Below, piece by piece: positions 38,230 through 48,277 of a stretch of 64,000 bases of DNA; within the stretch, counting starts at the first letter, position 1, and every line of letters starts with the position of its first letter. The notes beneath the pieces were generated by a model. It searched no databases. It saw only the letters and a list, made by a program, of their open reading frames with translations, and was not told where the DNA came from. Source of the DNA: Candidatus Saccharimonadota bacterium (lineage in GTDB: Bacteria; Patescibacteriota; Saccharimonadia; Saccharimonadales; SZUA-47); the NCBI GenBank assembly GCA_043727115.1, contig JAYSZA010000043.1, positions 975-64,974 on the forward strand, in the 5' to 3' direction. The position numbers and the translations under genes are program-made.

Positions 38230-39087
38230 TTACACTAGATTCATTAGATATTCGCCGTAACCCGATTTCACGAGTGGTTCAGCAATTTTCTGTAACTGTT
38301 CTTGGTCAATTAATCCCTGTGTGTAGGCAATTTTCTCCGGACTACCAATTATTTGCCCAGTTCTTTTTTGGATAACACGAACATAATCAGTAGCATCGCT
38401 AAGGCTATCAATAGTTCCTGTATCCAGCCATACATCGCCATCATCCAGTGTTGTTACTTTTAGTTTTCCACGCTTTAAGTATTCTTCGTTAACTGCGGTA
38501 ATCTCTAGTTCGCCACGTTCACTCGGCTTGATATTTTTAGCGATTTCAATTACGTCATTATCATAGAAATATAGCCCCACAACAGCGTAATTAGATTTAG
38601 GGTTTGTCGGTTTTTCTTCTATAGATTTTGCTTTCAAATTTTCATCAAATTCTACTACACCATAACGTTCAGGGTCTGAAACCTGATAGGCAAATACGGT
38701 GCCACCATCTGGATCCGTGCAGGACTTTAGTGATTCATCGAGTTCATTGCCGTGGAATATGTTATCTCCAAGAACAAGAGCTACTTTGTCGTTACCGATA
38801 AAATCTTCACCGATAATGAAAGCTTGAGCGAGACCATCTGGAGATGGCTGTACAGCGTAGCTAAGACTGATGCCAAAATCAGAGCCATCGCCGAGTAATC
38901 GCTTGAATTGATCTTGCTCGTGTGGAGTCGTGATGATTAAAATATCACGAATTCCTGCTTGCATAAGTGTGCCAAGCGGATAATAAATCATAGGCTTGTC
39001 ATATATGGGGATTAGCTGCTTAGATATACCTTTGGTAATAGGATATAAACGTGTGCCTGAACCACCGGCTAGTATAATGCCTTTCAA
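38230..39087 (-). CDS. rmlA: glucose-1-phosphate thymidylyltransferase
   Basis: [38 protein letters not shown] is a canonical RmlA N-terminus. Confidence 0.95.
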   Translation of the reverse strand: MKGIILAGGSGTRLYPITKGISKQLIPIYDKPMIYYPLGTLMQAGIRDILIITTPHEQDQFKRLLGDGSDFGISLSYAVQPSPDGLAQAFIIGEDFIGNDKVALVLGDNIFHGNELDESLKSCTDPDGGTVFAYQVSDPERYGVVEFDENLKAKSIEEKPTNPKSNYAVVGLYFYDNDVIEIAKNIKPSERGELEITAVNEEYLKRGKLKVTTLDDGDVWLDTGTIDSLSDATDYVRVIQKRTGQIIGSPEKIAYTQGLIDQEQLQKIAEPLVKSGYGEYLMNLV

Positions 39088-39186
39088 AATTTTCTCCTTA
39101 TATTCAATTACAGTCTAACACCCTGTAATATCATTGTCATCGTATCCTTCACAACATATCAATATAATTTTGTTACAATCTATAGC

Positions 39187-41916
39187 ATGACCAACAAACT
39201 TACGCTTAGAATAATTTCAGGAGTGTTCATCTCTAGTATTTTTATAGCTTTACTATACGTAAGTGCAGCACAGGCTGCCACATGCACGATCACTGTTTTA
39301 AATACGAATACATCAGGGGCAGGTTCGTTCACTCAGGCACTAAACGATGCCAACGGATCTTCAAATATGGATGTTATCTGTTTTAACATTCCAGGGAGTG
39401 GTGTGAAAACCATAAACCTAACAGCACAGTTAGGTATATCTCAGCCAGTAGAGATTGATGGAACGACTCAGCCGGGATATTCAGGCGCACCATTGATAGA
39501 ATTATACGGTGGAAGTGCAAACGGTCTAGTTGTATCCTCTGGTGGGAATATCATCAGAGCAATAGCAGTAAATGGGTATGCCGCTGATGGGTTATTGCTT
39601 CAAGGCCCTGGCGGCAATACCGTTGTTGGTAGCTACTTTGGGTTGGGCCCCAACGGGATAAGCGATCGAGGTAATGGTGCAAGCGGCATAGGGATTTTAT
39701 CACCAAATAATATTATTGGTGGCTCTACTTCTACGGACAGGAATATTATTTCCGGTAACGGTGGCAACGGACTCGTTATTGGTGGAGCTGACGCCTCTGG
39801 AAATGTTATTAAGGGTAATTACTTTGGTACAAATGCAGCTGGTACAGCATCGGTTCCGAACAGTGGGGACGGGTTACTAATCAATGGTTCGTCGGGTAAT
39901 ACAGTTGGAGGCACGGATTCTGTTAACCCAACATCTTCATGTGTAGGTGCCTGTAACCTCTTCTCTGGTAATGGCGCAAACGGCGTAGGTATATGGCATT
40001 CTGGTGCATCTAGCAATACAGTAGTTGGTAACTATATAGGCGTAAAAGTTGACGGTCTAAGTGCACTACCCAATGGAGATATAGGATTAGAAATTCAAGA
40101 TGCATCGGGAAATACAGTCGGAGGCGTAACGGTAAATGAGCGTAATCTAATATCTGGTAATTTTGGAGCGGGGGTGTCAATTACGGGTATACCGAACGGA
40201 ATCGTTACTCAAAACAACATTATAAAAGGTAATTATATCGGTGTTAACAAACTTGGTAACTCTGCAATAAAAAATCATAAAATGGGAGTTAATATTGGCA
40301 CTCCTGCTGGTGGTAGTAACGCGGCAAAAAACAATCTTATAGGGGGTACTGACGGAGTGAGCCTTGGGGGTTCCTGTACTGGTGCTTGCAATGTTATTGC
40401 TGGCAACGGATGGAACGGAATTTATATAAGTGGACTGGACGGTGGCGACAACCAAGTACAAGGCAATTTTATTGGCGTGGGGGCAAGCGGAGGTTGGACA
40501 ATACCAAATTTGCTGGATGGCATAGGTATTGTTAACTCACCCAATAATAAATTCGGAGGCCCTATAAACAGCGCTCGCAATCTTATTTCTGGCAATGGCG
40601 GTTATGGTATCGCAATTGTCGGAAGTTATTCTACCGGTACAAGAATAGAGCGGAACTATATTGGTATCGCCACAGACTCTAATCCGATGCCTAATCAAAA
40701 GTCGGGAGTTGGAGTTGAGTCCGCTGTCGATACTGCAATGTTGACGAATTCTATTTATGGAAATGGGCAACTAGGGATAGATTTAGCAATAAATGGTATT
40801 ACTGCGAACGATGGCGGGGATGCGGACAGTGGCCCTAACAGGCTACAGAACTATCCAGTTTTATCATATGCATACTCAGCAGATGGCAACACAACGGTTT
40901 CGGGTATGTTAAATAGTAACGGAACTACCACTTACACAGTGCAATTCTTCAAAAGCCCATCATGTAATGGTGGTCAGTTTGCGGGATATGGTCAAGGCCA
41001 TACTTACATAGGTTCAAAAGTCGTCTCCACTGACGCAACTGGCAATACATCTTTCACAGCGGCGTTTGCTGGGCTAACAGAGAGCGGGTATGCAGTCACG
41101 GCAACAGCTACAAAGATGTATAACGGGTCTTTATATGAAACTTCGGAGTTTTCTAGATGTGTGCATATTCCGAGACAACATCCTGATGGGGCTGTGATTA
41201 CACCCGCAGGCAGCCCAAATCTATTCATGATTGAAAATGGAAAAACTAGAAAAATAGGGTCAGTAGAAGTATTGAGGAGCCACAACATAACCTCCCAAGA
41301 GATTAAGACAGCAACAACAAGCGACACGACATTTCCTGGAGGCAACGGCCTTTACTTTAGGGAGGGTACTGTCTTGAAGGGAAGTAGCCCAGATATATAT
41401 TTTATAGATCAGATTGGTCCCAATTCATACCAAAAACGCAAACTAACCTCGGGGGCAGCATTTAATGCACTAGGCTATAGCGCGTCAGATGTAATAACTG
41501 TACCGGATTCAGCGCTAGGTCTATCTTCCGGCTCATCAATGAGCACGTCTGCTTATCATCCAGATGGTACTTTAGTAAAAAGTCCGTCCGGAACAGTGTA
41601 TCTGATTATGGATGGGAAGAAGCGTCTCATAGGCTCACCAGGAGTCTTTGTATCGCATCGGTTTAGGGCTGTTGATATTAAATGGGCAACAGGCGGAGAT
41701 TTAGCCAGGTCATCTGGTGGAAATCTAGGTTATCGGGAAGGCGCATTAGTAAAGGGTTCTTCATCGACAATATATATAATTGATGATGATTCTGGGGTAA
41801 TCAAAAAAAGAAAAATAACGTCATCTAGCGCATTCGTAGAGCTTGGCTACTCCATTAATGAAGTAATTTCTATCCCGAATAATGAGTTACCACTTGCGAA
41901 CGGTGCTAATATATAG
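39187..41916 (+). CDS. secreted parallel beta-helix repeat protein with 4 C-terminal copies of the shared ~60-aa repeat
   Basis: 909 aa, with a signal peptide. There are dozens of PbH1-type turns (NxIxGNxxxGIxI / GGxxNxIxGNYIG). The C-terminus from ~41149 holds four repeats [HR]xxG[AT]L[IV]KxxxxxxIY[LFI]Ixx..KKRxIxSxxxFxxxGY. Confidence 0.8.
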   Translation: MTNKLTLRIISGVFISSIFIALLYVSAAQAATCTITVLNTNTSGAGSFTQALNDANGSSNMDVICFNIPGSGVKTINLTAQLGISQPVEIDGTTQPGYSGAPLIELYGGSANGLVVSSGGNIIRAIAVNGYAADGLLLQGPGGNTVVGSYFGLGPNGISDRGNGASGIGILSPNNIIGGSTSTDRNIISGNGGNGLVIGGADASGNVIKGNYFGTNAAGTASVPNSGDGLLINGSSGNTVGGTDSVNPTSSCVGACNLFSGNGANGVGIWHSGASSNTVVGNYIGVKVDGLSALPNGDIGLEIQDASGNTVGGVTVNERNLISGNFGAGVSITGIPNGIVTQNNIIKGNYIGVNKLGNSAIKNHKMGVNIGTPAGGSNAAKNNLIGGTDGVSLGGSCTGACNVIAGNGWNGIYISGLDGGDNQVQGNFIGVGASGGWTIPNLLDGIGIVNSPNNKFGGPINSARNLISGNGGYGIAIVGSYSTGTRIERNYIGIATDSNPMPNQKSGVGVESAVDTAMLTNSIYGNGQLGIDLAINGITANDGGDADSGPNRLQNYPVLSYAYSADGNTTVSGMLNSNGTTTYTVQFFKSPSCNGGQFAGYGQGHTYIGSKVVSTDATGNTSFTAAFAGLTESGYAVTATATKMYNGSLYETSEFSRCVHIPRQHPDGAVITPAGSPNLFMIENGKTRKIGSVEVLRSHNITSQEIKTATTSDTTFPGGNGLYFREGTVLKGSSPDIYFIDQIGPNSYQKRKLTSGAAFNALGYSASDVITVPDSALGLSSGSSMSTSAYHPDGTLVKSPSGTVYLIMDGKKRLIGSPGVFVSHRFRAVDIKWATGGDLARSSGGNLGYREGALVKGSSSTIYIIDDDSGVIKKRKITSSSAFVELGYSINEVISIPNNELPLANGANI

Positions 41917-41928
41917 GTAGGAGGTGTT

Positions 41929-42867
41929 ATGAAAAAGCTACAAGTTTTCCTAATATCAATGTTGAGTTTTATAACTCCAATAGCCTTATCTTTAGGTTCT
42001 GCTGGTGCACTTGTTCGGCCTTCAGGAATGATAGTTCAGGATTCTGGTGGCGCATATTATTATACTTACTACACGCCAGGGACGAGCTACTCAGATCCTA
42101 GATTAAAATATATCGGACATGGAGAAGTGCTGAGTTATTATCAGAATAGAAACAGAAAAGCCTACACTATAACAGACACCGAAAAATCAGGCTATACAGT
42201 GCATAATCATAATTTAACCTTTCCTTGCGGCGAAGCTGCTAGAGATCAGTACGGGAAAATTGCGTTTTTTGAACCACTTGGGTGGCCTCCTGGTGCACAA
42301 GATCAAGGTGACCCCGTCTTTTCTTATGCAGAGAATTTTCCACAATATGTTGGCTTTGTAAACTGGGACCACTCAGGCAGTACAGGATCTCATCATCAGG
42401 ATATTCTGAAAGAGAGTGGATATAATCAAATATCTACGGTTGATGGACTGCCAGAGGGAGTAACCGGTGGTATTTACCCGGGGGGAGTACCTAACTGCGT
42501 AATAGTAAAGCAGACAAATTCACCAGACTATTACAGAGTATTTAGACACCAGACACCCACAGCAGTAGAAGTGGAAAGAAAAGTAAAAATACAGACACCC
42601 GAAATACTCGATTTATGGACAAATTTCAATAGTTATACCTACGAAACAGATATCACATCACTTCCGAGTGTAGGTAGCGCTAAAATGCCTCCAGGACTAC
42701 TGGTAAGAACTATTGCAAATTCAAATGTATATTTCACAGACGATGAGGGATATAAAGTTCTCATACCAACTCAAGCAAAATTTGATGAGTTAGGTTTCAA
42801 CCCAGGCGACGTAACAATCGTGGAACAATCAACACTAAATACTACCCCCACAAAGATTTTGTACTAA
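41929..42867 (+). CDS. secreted protein with one C-terminal copy of the shared repeat
   Basis: 312 aa. RBS GGAGG, signal peptide. The C-terminal LVRTIANSNVYFTDDEGYKVLIPTQAKFDELGFNPGDVTIV matches the repeat in the two neighbouring big proteins. Confidence 0.7.
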   Translation: MKKLQVFLISMLSFITPIALSLGSAGALVRPSGMIVQDSGGAYYYTYYTPGTSYSDPRLKYIGHGEVLSYYQNRNRKAYTITDTEKSGYTVHNHNLTFPCGEAARDQYGKIAFFEPLGWPPGAQDQGDPVFSYAENFPQYVGFVNWDHSGSTGSHHQDILKESGYNQISTVDGLPEGVTGGIYPGGVPNCVIVKQTNSPDYYRVFRHQTPTAVEVERKVKIQTPEILDLWTNFNSYTYETDITSLPSVGSAKMPPGLLVRTIANSNVYFTDDEGYKVLIPTQAKFDELGFNPGDVTIVEQSTLNTTPTKILY

Positions 42868-42878
42868 ATTAATAATAG

Positions 42879-43388
42879 ATGAAGTATTGTAAAAATTGTG
42901 GGAAAAAAATAACCAAAAGTTCTGAGTACAAATTTGATTGTACGTCATGCAAGAGTACCTATTATATAAACCCTAAGGGTGCGACAGCTCTATTACTATT
43001 TGATGAGCATGGCAATTTACTACTCGGCCGTAGAGCAGTCGAGCCGCACATAAACAAGCTAGATTGTATAGGAGGATTTGTAGACGTTGGTGAGAATTTT
43101 GAGATGGGGATGCTACGAGAACTACAGGAAGAGTCGGGACTAGCGGCGACAGATATCACAGGCTTAAAATATCTGGGCAGTACCTATGATGATTACGAAT
43201 GGCAAGACAGGGTAGTGCCGGTTGTGTCAGTGTATTTCACTGCCACATTATTAAAGAGTGCTAAAAAATTAGTCGCAACCGATGATATAGCAGCTTTTGA
43301 GACTGTAGACATTGAAAGTATTAGAAGAGAAGATGTTGCATGGGATGGCATGTGGGAAATGCTTAAGTTGCTTAAAGATAATTCTTAA
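42879..43388 (+). CDS. NUDIX hydrolase with N-terminal zinc-ribbon
   Basis: CKNCGKK...CTSCKS forms a Zn ribbon (CxxC...CxxC). The NUDIX box GFVDVGENFEMGMLRELQEESGL is a perfect GX5EX7REUXEEXGU. Confidence 0.85.
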   Translation: MKYCKNCGKKITKSSEYKFDCTSCKSTYYINPKGATALLLFDEHGNLLLGRRAVEPHINKLDCIGGFVDVGENFEMGMLRELQEESGLAATDITGLKYLGSTYDDYEWQDRVVPVVSVYFTATLLKSAKKLVATDDIAAFETVDIESIRREDVAWDGMWEMLKLLKDNS

Positions 43389-44211
43389 GACTATCATACC
43401 AATCTGTTGATTCGAAGCCGGTTGACTGGATTTTGTCTAAAGCAAGGGTGCTTTGAAGTGGGCGGGGGGCTATTCCGGTCTTGCCGGCAAAGTATTCTGC
43501 TGTGGTTGTGTTTGACACAATTAAATCCTCACGTCCAAGTAGTTTGAAAATTGCTCGGGTTATATCTGCCCAGCTGACTGAATCTCCGTCGTTTGACACA
43601 TTGTAAGTACCGTAAGTTGGCTGTTTTGTCAGCAGGTGGTTGATTGCGCGCACTAACTCTGATGTGAATGTAAGTCGGCCGATTTGGTCATGAACCACAG
43701 TTGGGGAAATATCTTTTTCAGCCAAGCTCATCATTGTACGAACGAAGTTTTTGCCCTCACCGATTACCCAGCTGGTACGCAATATATAGAATTTGGGTGC
43801 TAGAGAAACTGCGATATCACCGGCTGCTTTGCTAGCGCCGTAAACAGACAAGGGCGAGAATGCTTCATCTTCTGTATGTGTGTCTGCCGTGCCATCAAAA
43901 ACGTAGTCAGTGGACACATGTACAAGTGTCATATCGTACTGAGCTGTAACTGCAACCAAGTTTGCTACTGCATCGGCGTTGATGCTCCATGCAAGCACGC
44001 GACCCTCAGAGGTCTCCGCACCATCAACGTTAGTATAGGCGGCGGCATTGATCAGGACATCGATACCAGACCAGTCGAAGGCCTCAACAGATGCTTTGTC
44101 TGCAATATCCAGCTCATCAATATCAGCGTATTTTGCATTTGGATATTTTGCACAAAGTGCCGTGCCCAATTGTCCGTTTGCTCCTACAATAAAAATCTTT
44201 GAATCATCCAT
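43372..44211 (-). CDS. rmlD: dTDP-4-dehydrorhamnose reductase
   Basis: IFIVGANGQLG...LINAAAYTNVDGAE...YGASKAAGD (YxxxK) gives the RmlD pattern. Confidence 0.9.
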   Translation of the reverse strand: MDDSKIFIVGANGQLGTALCAKYPNAKYADIDELDIADKASVEAFDWSGIDVLINAAAYTNVDGAETSEGRVLAWSINADAVANLVAVTAQYDMTLVHVSTDYVFDGTADTHTEDEAFSPLSVYGASKAAGDIAVSLAPKFYILRTSWVIGEGKNFVRTMMSLAEKDISPTVVHDQIGRLTFTSELVRAINHLLTKQPTYGTYNVSNDGDSVSWADITRAIFKLLGREDLIVSNTTTAEYFAGKTGIAPRPLQSTLALDKIQSTGFESTDWYDSLKNYL

Positions 44212-44743
44212 TGTTTACCTCTTTGTTAAATTTTTCTGCTGCTCTATTAATAAATTCTATCTGAGTGTCAACGATAGTACCGGGAAGATTAGCTACTGGG
44301 TGCCAATCACCAACTACTTCCAATTCATTTAGATCGGCATAGTACACTGATGCTATTTCCGCCCCACGCTTAACTTTGTGGAAAAAGGAGGTAACAAAGA
44401 CAGTTGGGGGCGTTTCAATTTTTAACTCATCTCTAAAAATTCTGTTTATGGCCCCGTCTATACCATTATTTAAATCAGTTGCTCTAAGTACAGTGCCGGG
44501 TGTATGAAGCATTCCTGGCCAATTTGGGTCATCGTCATCTCTTTTAAGTAGTAAAACCTCAGTATTACCAGTCGGGGAAGTTCTAAGTGGCACTACTTCT
44601 ACAATTGGTGTTACGCATAGTCTGGTTACTTGTTCAAAAATAGGTCCCGGTAAAAATCCCGGTTCAAGACCATTTAGGACAGAGGCTGCTTCTTGAATCT
44701 GTTCTGCGGTTGGACCAGAATTTTGAGGGATATTTTCTGACAC
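44204..44743 (-). CDS. NUDIX-fold-like protein with degenerate NUDIX box
   Basis: 179 aa. LLLKRDDDDPNWPGMLHTPGTVLRATDLNNGIDGAINRIFRDELKIE has NUDIX-like spacing, but the catalytic Glu residues are replaced. It is embedded between rmlC and rmlD. Confidence 0.5.
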   Translation of the reverse strand: MSENIPQNSGPTAEQIQEAASVLNGLEPGFLPGPIFEQVTRLCVTPIVEVVPLRTSPTGNTEVLLLKRDDDDPNWPGMLHTPGTVLRATDLNNGIDGAINRIFRDELKIETPPTVFVTSFFHKVKRGAEIASVYYADLNELEVVGDWHPVANLPGTIVDTQIEFINRAAEKFNKEVNNG

Positions 44744-44746
44744 AGT

Positions 44747-45319
44747 TTAAACTTCCATTGGGGTTATTTCAGACAGATTTGGGTGGTTCTTGTCTCTTTC
44801 AGACAAGATACTATCACCCAGAGGGATTGGCCATTCAATCGCTAGCTCTGGGTCGGCTAGGTTCACGAAGCAATACTGATCATAGTTGTCTGCTCTCCAG
44901 TGGTCGTTGGTGCTGTAAACGTAGAATGTACCATCTTCTAATACTTGGAAGGAGTTTGCAACGCCTTTGGGCAAAAATACCGATGATGAGTTAGTAAGCG
45001 TGGTGGTGTAGACAGTCCCAAAGCTTGCCCCTTTGCGCAAATCGACATACGCAACGAATGCACTTCCGGTCACAACAGAGATATATTTGTCCCACGGTTC
45101 AGTGTGAAAACCCCTGATGACTCCGCGGTCCTTATTGAACGATACATTGTTTTGTACTATTTGAAAGTCAGCAGGGAGGCCTTGTTCTAGCAGTTTTTCA
45201 CGTTGGAACTTTTCCTGAAACCAACCACGATCGTCGCTTGGGAAGTCGATGTCAAAGATAAGTAGTCCCGGTATCGGAGTCTCTCTTTTTGTGAAAACTG
45301 TCGTCGGAATATTTGCCAT
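44747..45319 (-). CDS. rmlC: dTDP-4-dehydrorhamnose 3,5-epimerase
   Basis: GLLIFDIDFPSDDRGWFQEKF...RGFHTEPW is the cupin RmlC signature. Confidence 0.9.
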   Translation of the reverse strand: MANIPTTVFTKRETPIPGLLIFDIDFPSDDRGWFQEKFQREKLLEQGLPADFQIVQNNVSFNKDRGVIRGFHTEPWDKYISVVTGSAFVAYVDLRKGASFGTVYTTTLTNSSSVFLPKGVANSFQVLEDGTFYVYSTNDHWRADNYDQYCFVNLADPELAIEWPIPLGDSILSERDKNHPNLSEITPMEV

Positions 45320-45322
45320 AAT

Positions 45323-46360
<1,038 letters not shown>

Positions 46361-46423
46361 TTAAAAACCAATATACTAACTATAGTTAAAAACACAACAG
46401 TTACAGCGATGATAGATAGGGTG

Positions 46424-47764
46424 TTAACTGATAATGGAGGTGACTTTGTTTACCAGCTCAGCCAGCTCTTCCTGAGTATTTGCTTCGGCATTGAGGCGCA
46501 TAACAGGCTCAGTATTGCTGGCTCGGAGATTAAACCAATAATTTGGATATTCAATAGTTAGGCCGTCTAGAGTATCGGATTTTCCGTCGGGAAAGGTTAT
46601 CGCTAGCGCATCGAATATTTGTTCTTTAGGTTTTGTAGTTTCAAAGTTCTGTTCAGGAATCATGGAATAACGGCGGTATTCGTCAACTAGCTCTGATAAT
46701 TTTTGACCTGAGTTGGTCAATGCCTGCATGGCAGTTAAAGCCACAATTAGTCCTGAATCTGCATCATAGTTTTCTTTGTAGAAAAAGTGCCCAGTTGTTT
46801 CGCCACCAAACACGCCACCGACTTCTCGCATGAGTGAACCAACATTAACCCTGCCAGCCTTTGACCGAATTGCAGTTCCACCCCACTCAGAAATTAGTTC
46901 TTGGGTTGCACGGCTAGTTCTGACATCATGAACAATTACGCTATTTGGATACTTTTCTAGATATAGCTTTGCGACAATAGACATCAAATCTGTTCCTAGG
47001 ACAGGACGCGATTTGTCGTCGACAAACACTGCACGGTCACCGTCGCCATCAAAAGCTATGCCAAAGTCGTAGTTTTTCTCTTTAACTTTATCCATCAGGT
47101 CCTGCAAGTTTTCCATCTTTTGCGGGTTTGCTTCATGATTTGGGAAGGTTCCGTCGAGCTCAAAGTACATAGCGTCTGCTGTTATTGGTAATTTAGGAAG
47201 AATTGAAGGCAGGATTGCTCCAGCCATACCATTGCCTGCGTCTATTGCTATATTGAAGGGCTTTAGGTTGTCTATGAATCCCATGCAGTGCTCGACCCAC
47301 TCCATCGTCACAGATTTCTGTGTCAAAGTCCCGGGCGTTGCTGCGGTAGGTTTGAACTGCTTGTTTAGACTTAAATCACGAATAGCGTCCAGACCAGAAG
47401 CTAGGCCTACTGCAGTTACTTTGTCTCGGTATAGTTTGATACCGTTTTCATCACCCGCGTTATGGCTGGCGGTGATTACTGCACCTCCACTCAAATCCCA
47501 TTTGCCAACAGCAAAATAAATCATGTCACTAGTTACTTCTCCTATGTCCCAAACAGCGCGACCTTGTTCACGCAAACCTTCAATGAATGCTTTGCTTAGC
47601 GCCTCAGAGTCGGGACGCATATCACGGCCGACAGCAATGATTCCATCAGTAGGCAACCAATCTGCAAATGCTTTGGCTGTGTCTTTAACAAATTCTGGCG
47701 ACAACTCCGTGCCTACTTTTCCCCGTATATCGTATGATTTGAATATGTCGCTTATTGAAGACAT
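46424..47764 (-). CDS. phosphomannomutase/phosphoglucomutase
   Basis: Active-site loop ITASHNAGDENGIKL (TASHNP variant). Metal-binding FDGDGDR. Four-domain length (446 aa). Confidence 0.85.
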   Translation of the reverse strand: MSSISDIFKSYDIRGKVGTELSPEFVKDTAKAFADWLPTDGIIAVGRDMRPDSEALSKAFIEGLREQGRAVWDIGEVTSDMIYFAVGKWDLSGGAVITASHNAGDENGIKLYRDKVTAVGLASGLDAIRDLSLNKQFKPTAATPGTLTQKSVTMEWVEHCMGFIDNLKPFNIAIDAGNGMAGAILPSILPKLPITADAMYFELDGTFPNHEANPQKMENLQDLMDKVKEKNYDFGIAFDGDGDRAVFVDDKSRPVLGTDLMSIVAKLYLEKYPNSVIVHDVRTSRATQELISEWGGTAIRSKAGRVNVGSLMREVGGVFGGETTGHFFYKENYDADSGLIVALTAMQALTNSGQKLSELVDEYRRYSMIPEQNFETTKPKEQIFDALAITFPDGKSDTLDGLTIEYPNYWFNLRASNTEPVMRLNAEANTQEELAELVNKVTSIIS

Positions 47765-47822
47765 GAAGTACCTCTTTTCTATCTTCTAGTATACCTCGGG
47801 CGGATTCTGTTAGTATAGACCT

Positions 47823-48275
47823 ATGAAAATAGTGATTGTTAGCGGCTACTTTAACCCCTTACATGGTGGACACCTTGATATGATTGAAGAAGCTGCAAAG
47901 CTCGGAGATAGACTGATAGTCTCGGTTAACAACGATAAGGCTCAGATGATGAAAAAGGGCAAAATTATCTTGGATGAGCAAAACCGCGCGAGACTTATGC
48001 GCTCACTTCGTCTAGTTGATGAGGTAATTGTCTCTGTCGATGAAGATTTAGGCCAAGCTCTTTCTCTGCGTAAAATCAGGGAATTGTATCCGGATGATGA
48101 ATTAATATTCGCAAATGGTGGCGATCGGGACCCAAATAAACATGCATTACCAGAAAATGAAATGCAGGCCATTGAAGATTGTAATATCAAAGCAGTTTTT
48201 GGTGTTGGTAGCAGCGAGGTTGAAAAAAGAGATTCGTCTTCTAGGATAAACAAAGAAAACGGCAACGAAGAGTAA
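47823..48275 (+). CDS. cytidylyltransferase-superfamily sugar-phosphate nucleotidyltransferase (RfaE domain II / TagD-like)
   Basis: 150 aa. IVIVSGYFNPLHGGHLDMIEEAAKLGDRLIVSVNND contains the HxGH motif, and the overall pattern matches heptose-1-P adenylyltransferase / glycerol-3-P cytidylyltransferase. Confidence 0.7.
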   Translation: MKIVIVSGYFNPLHGGHLDMIEEAAKLGDRLIVSVNNDKAQMMKKGKIILDEQNRARLMRSLRLVDEVIVSVDEDLGQALSLRKIRELYPDDELIFANGGDRDPNKHALPENEMQAIEDCNIKAVFGVGSSEVEKRDSSSRINKENGNEE

Positions 48276-48277
48276 GT

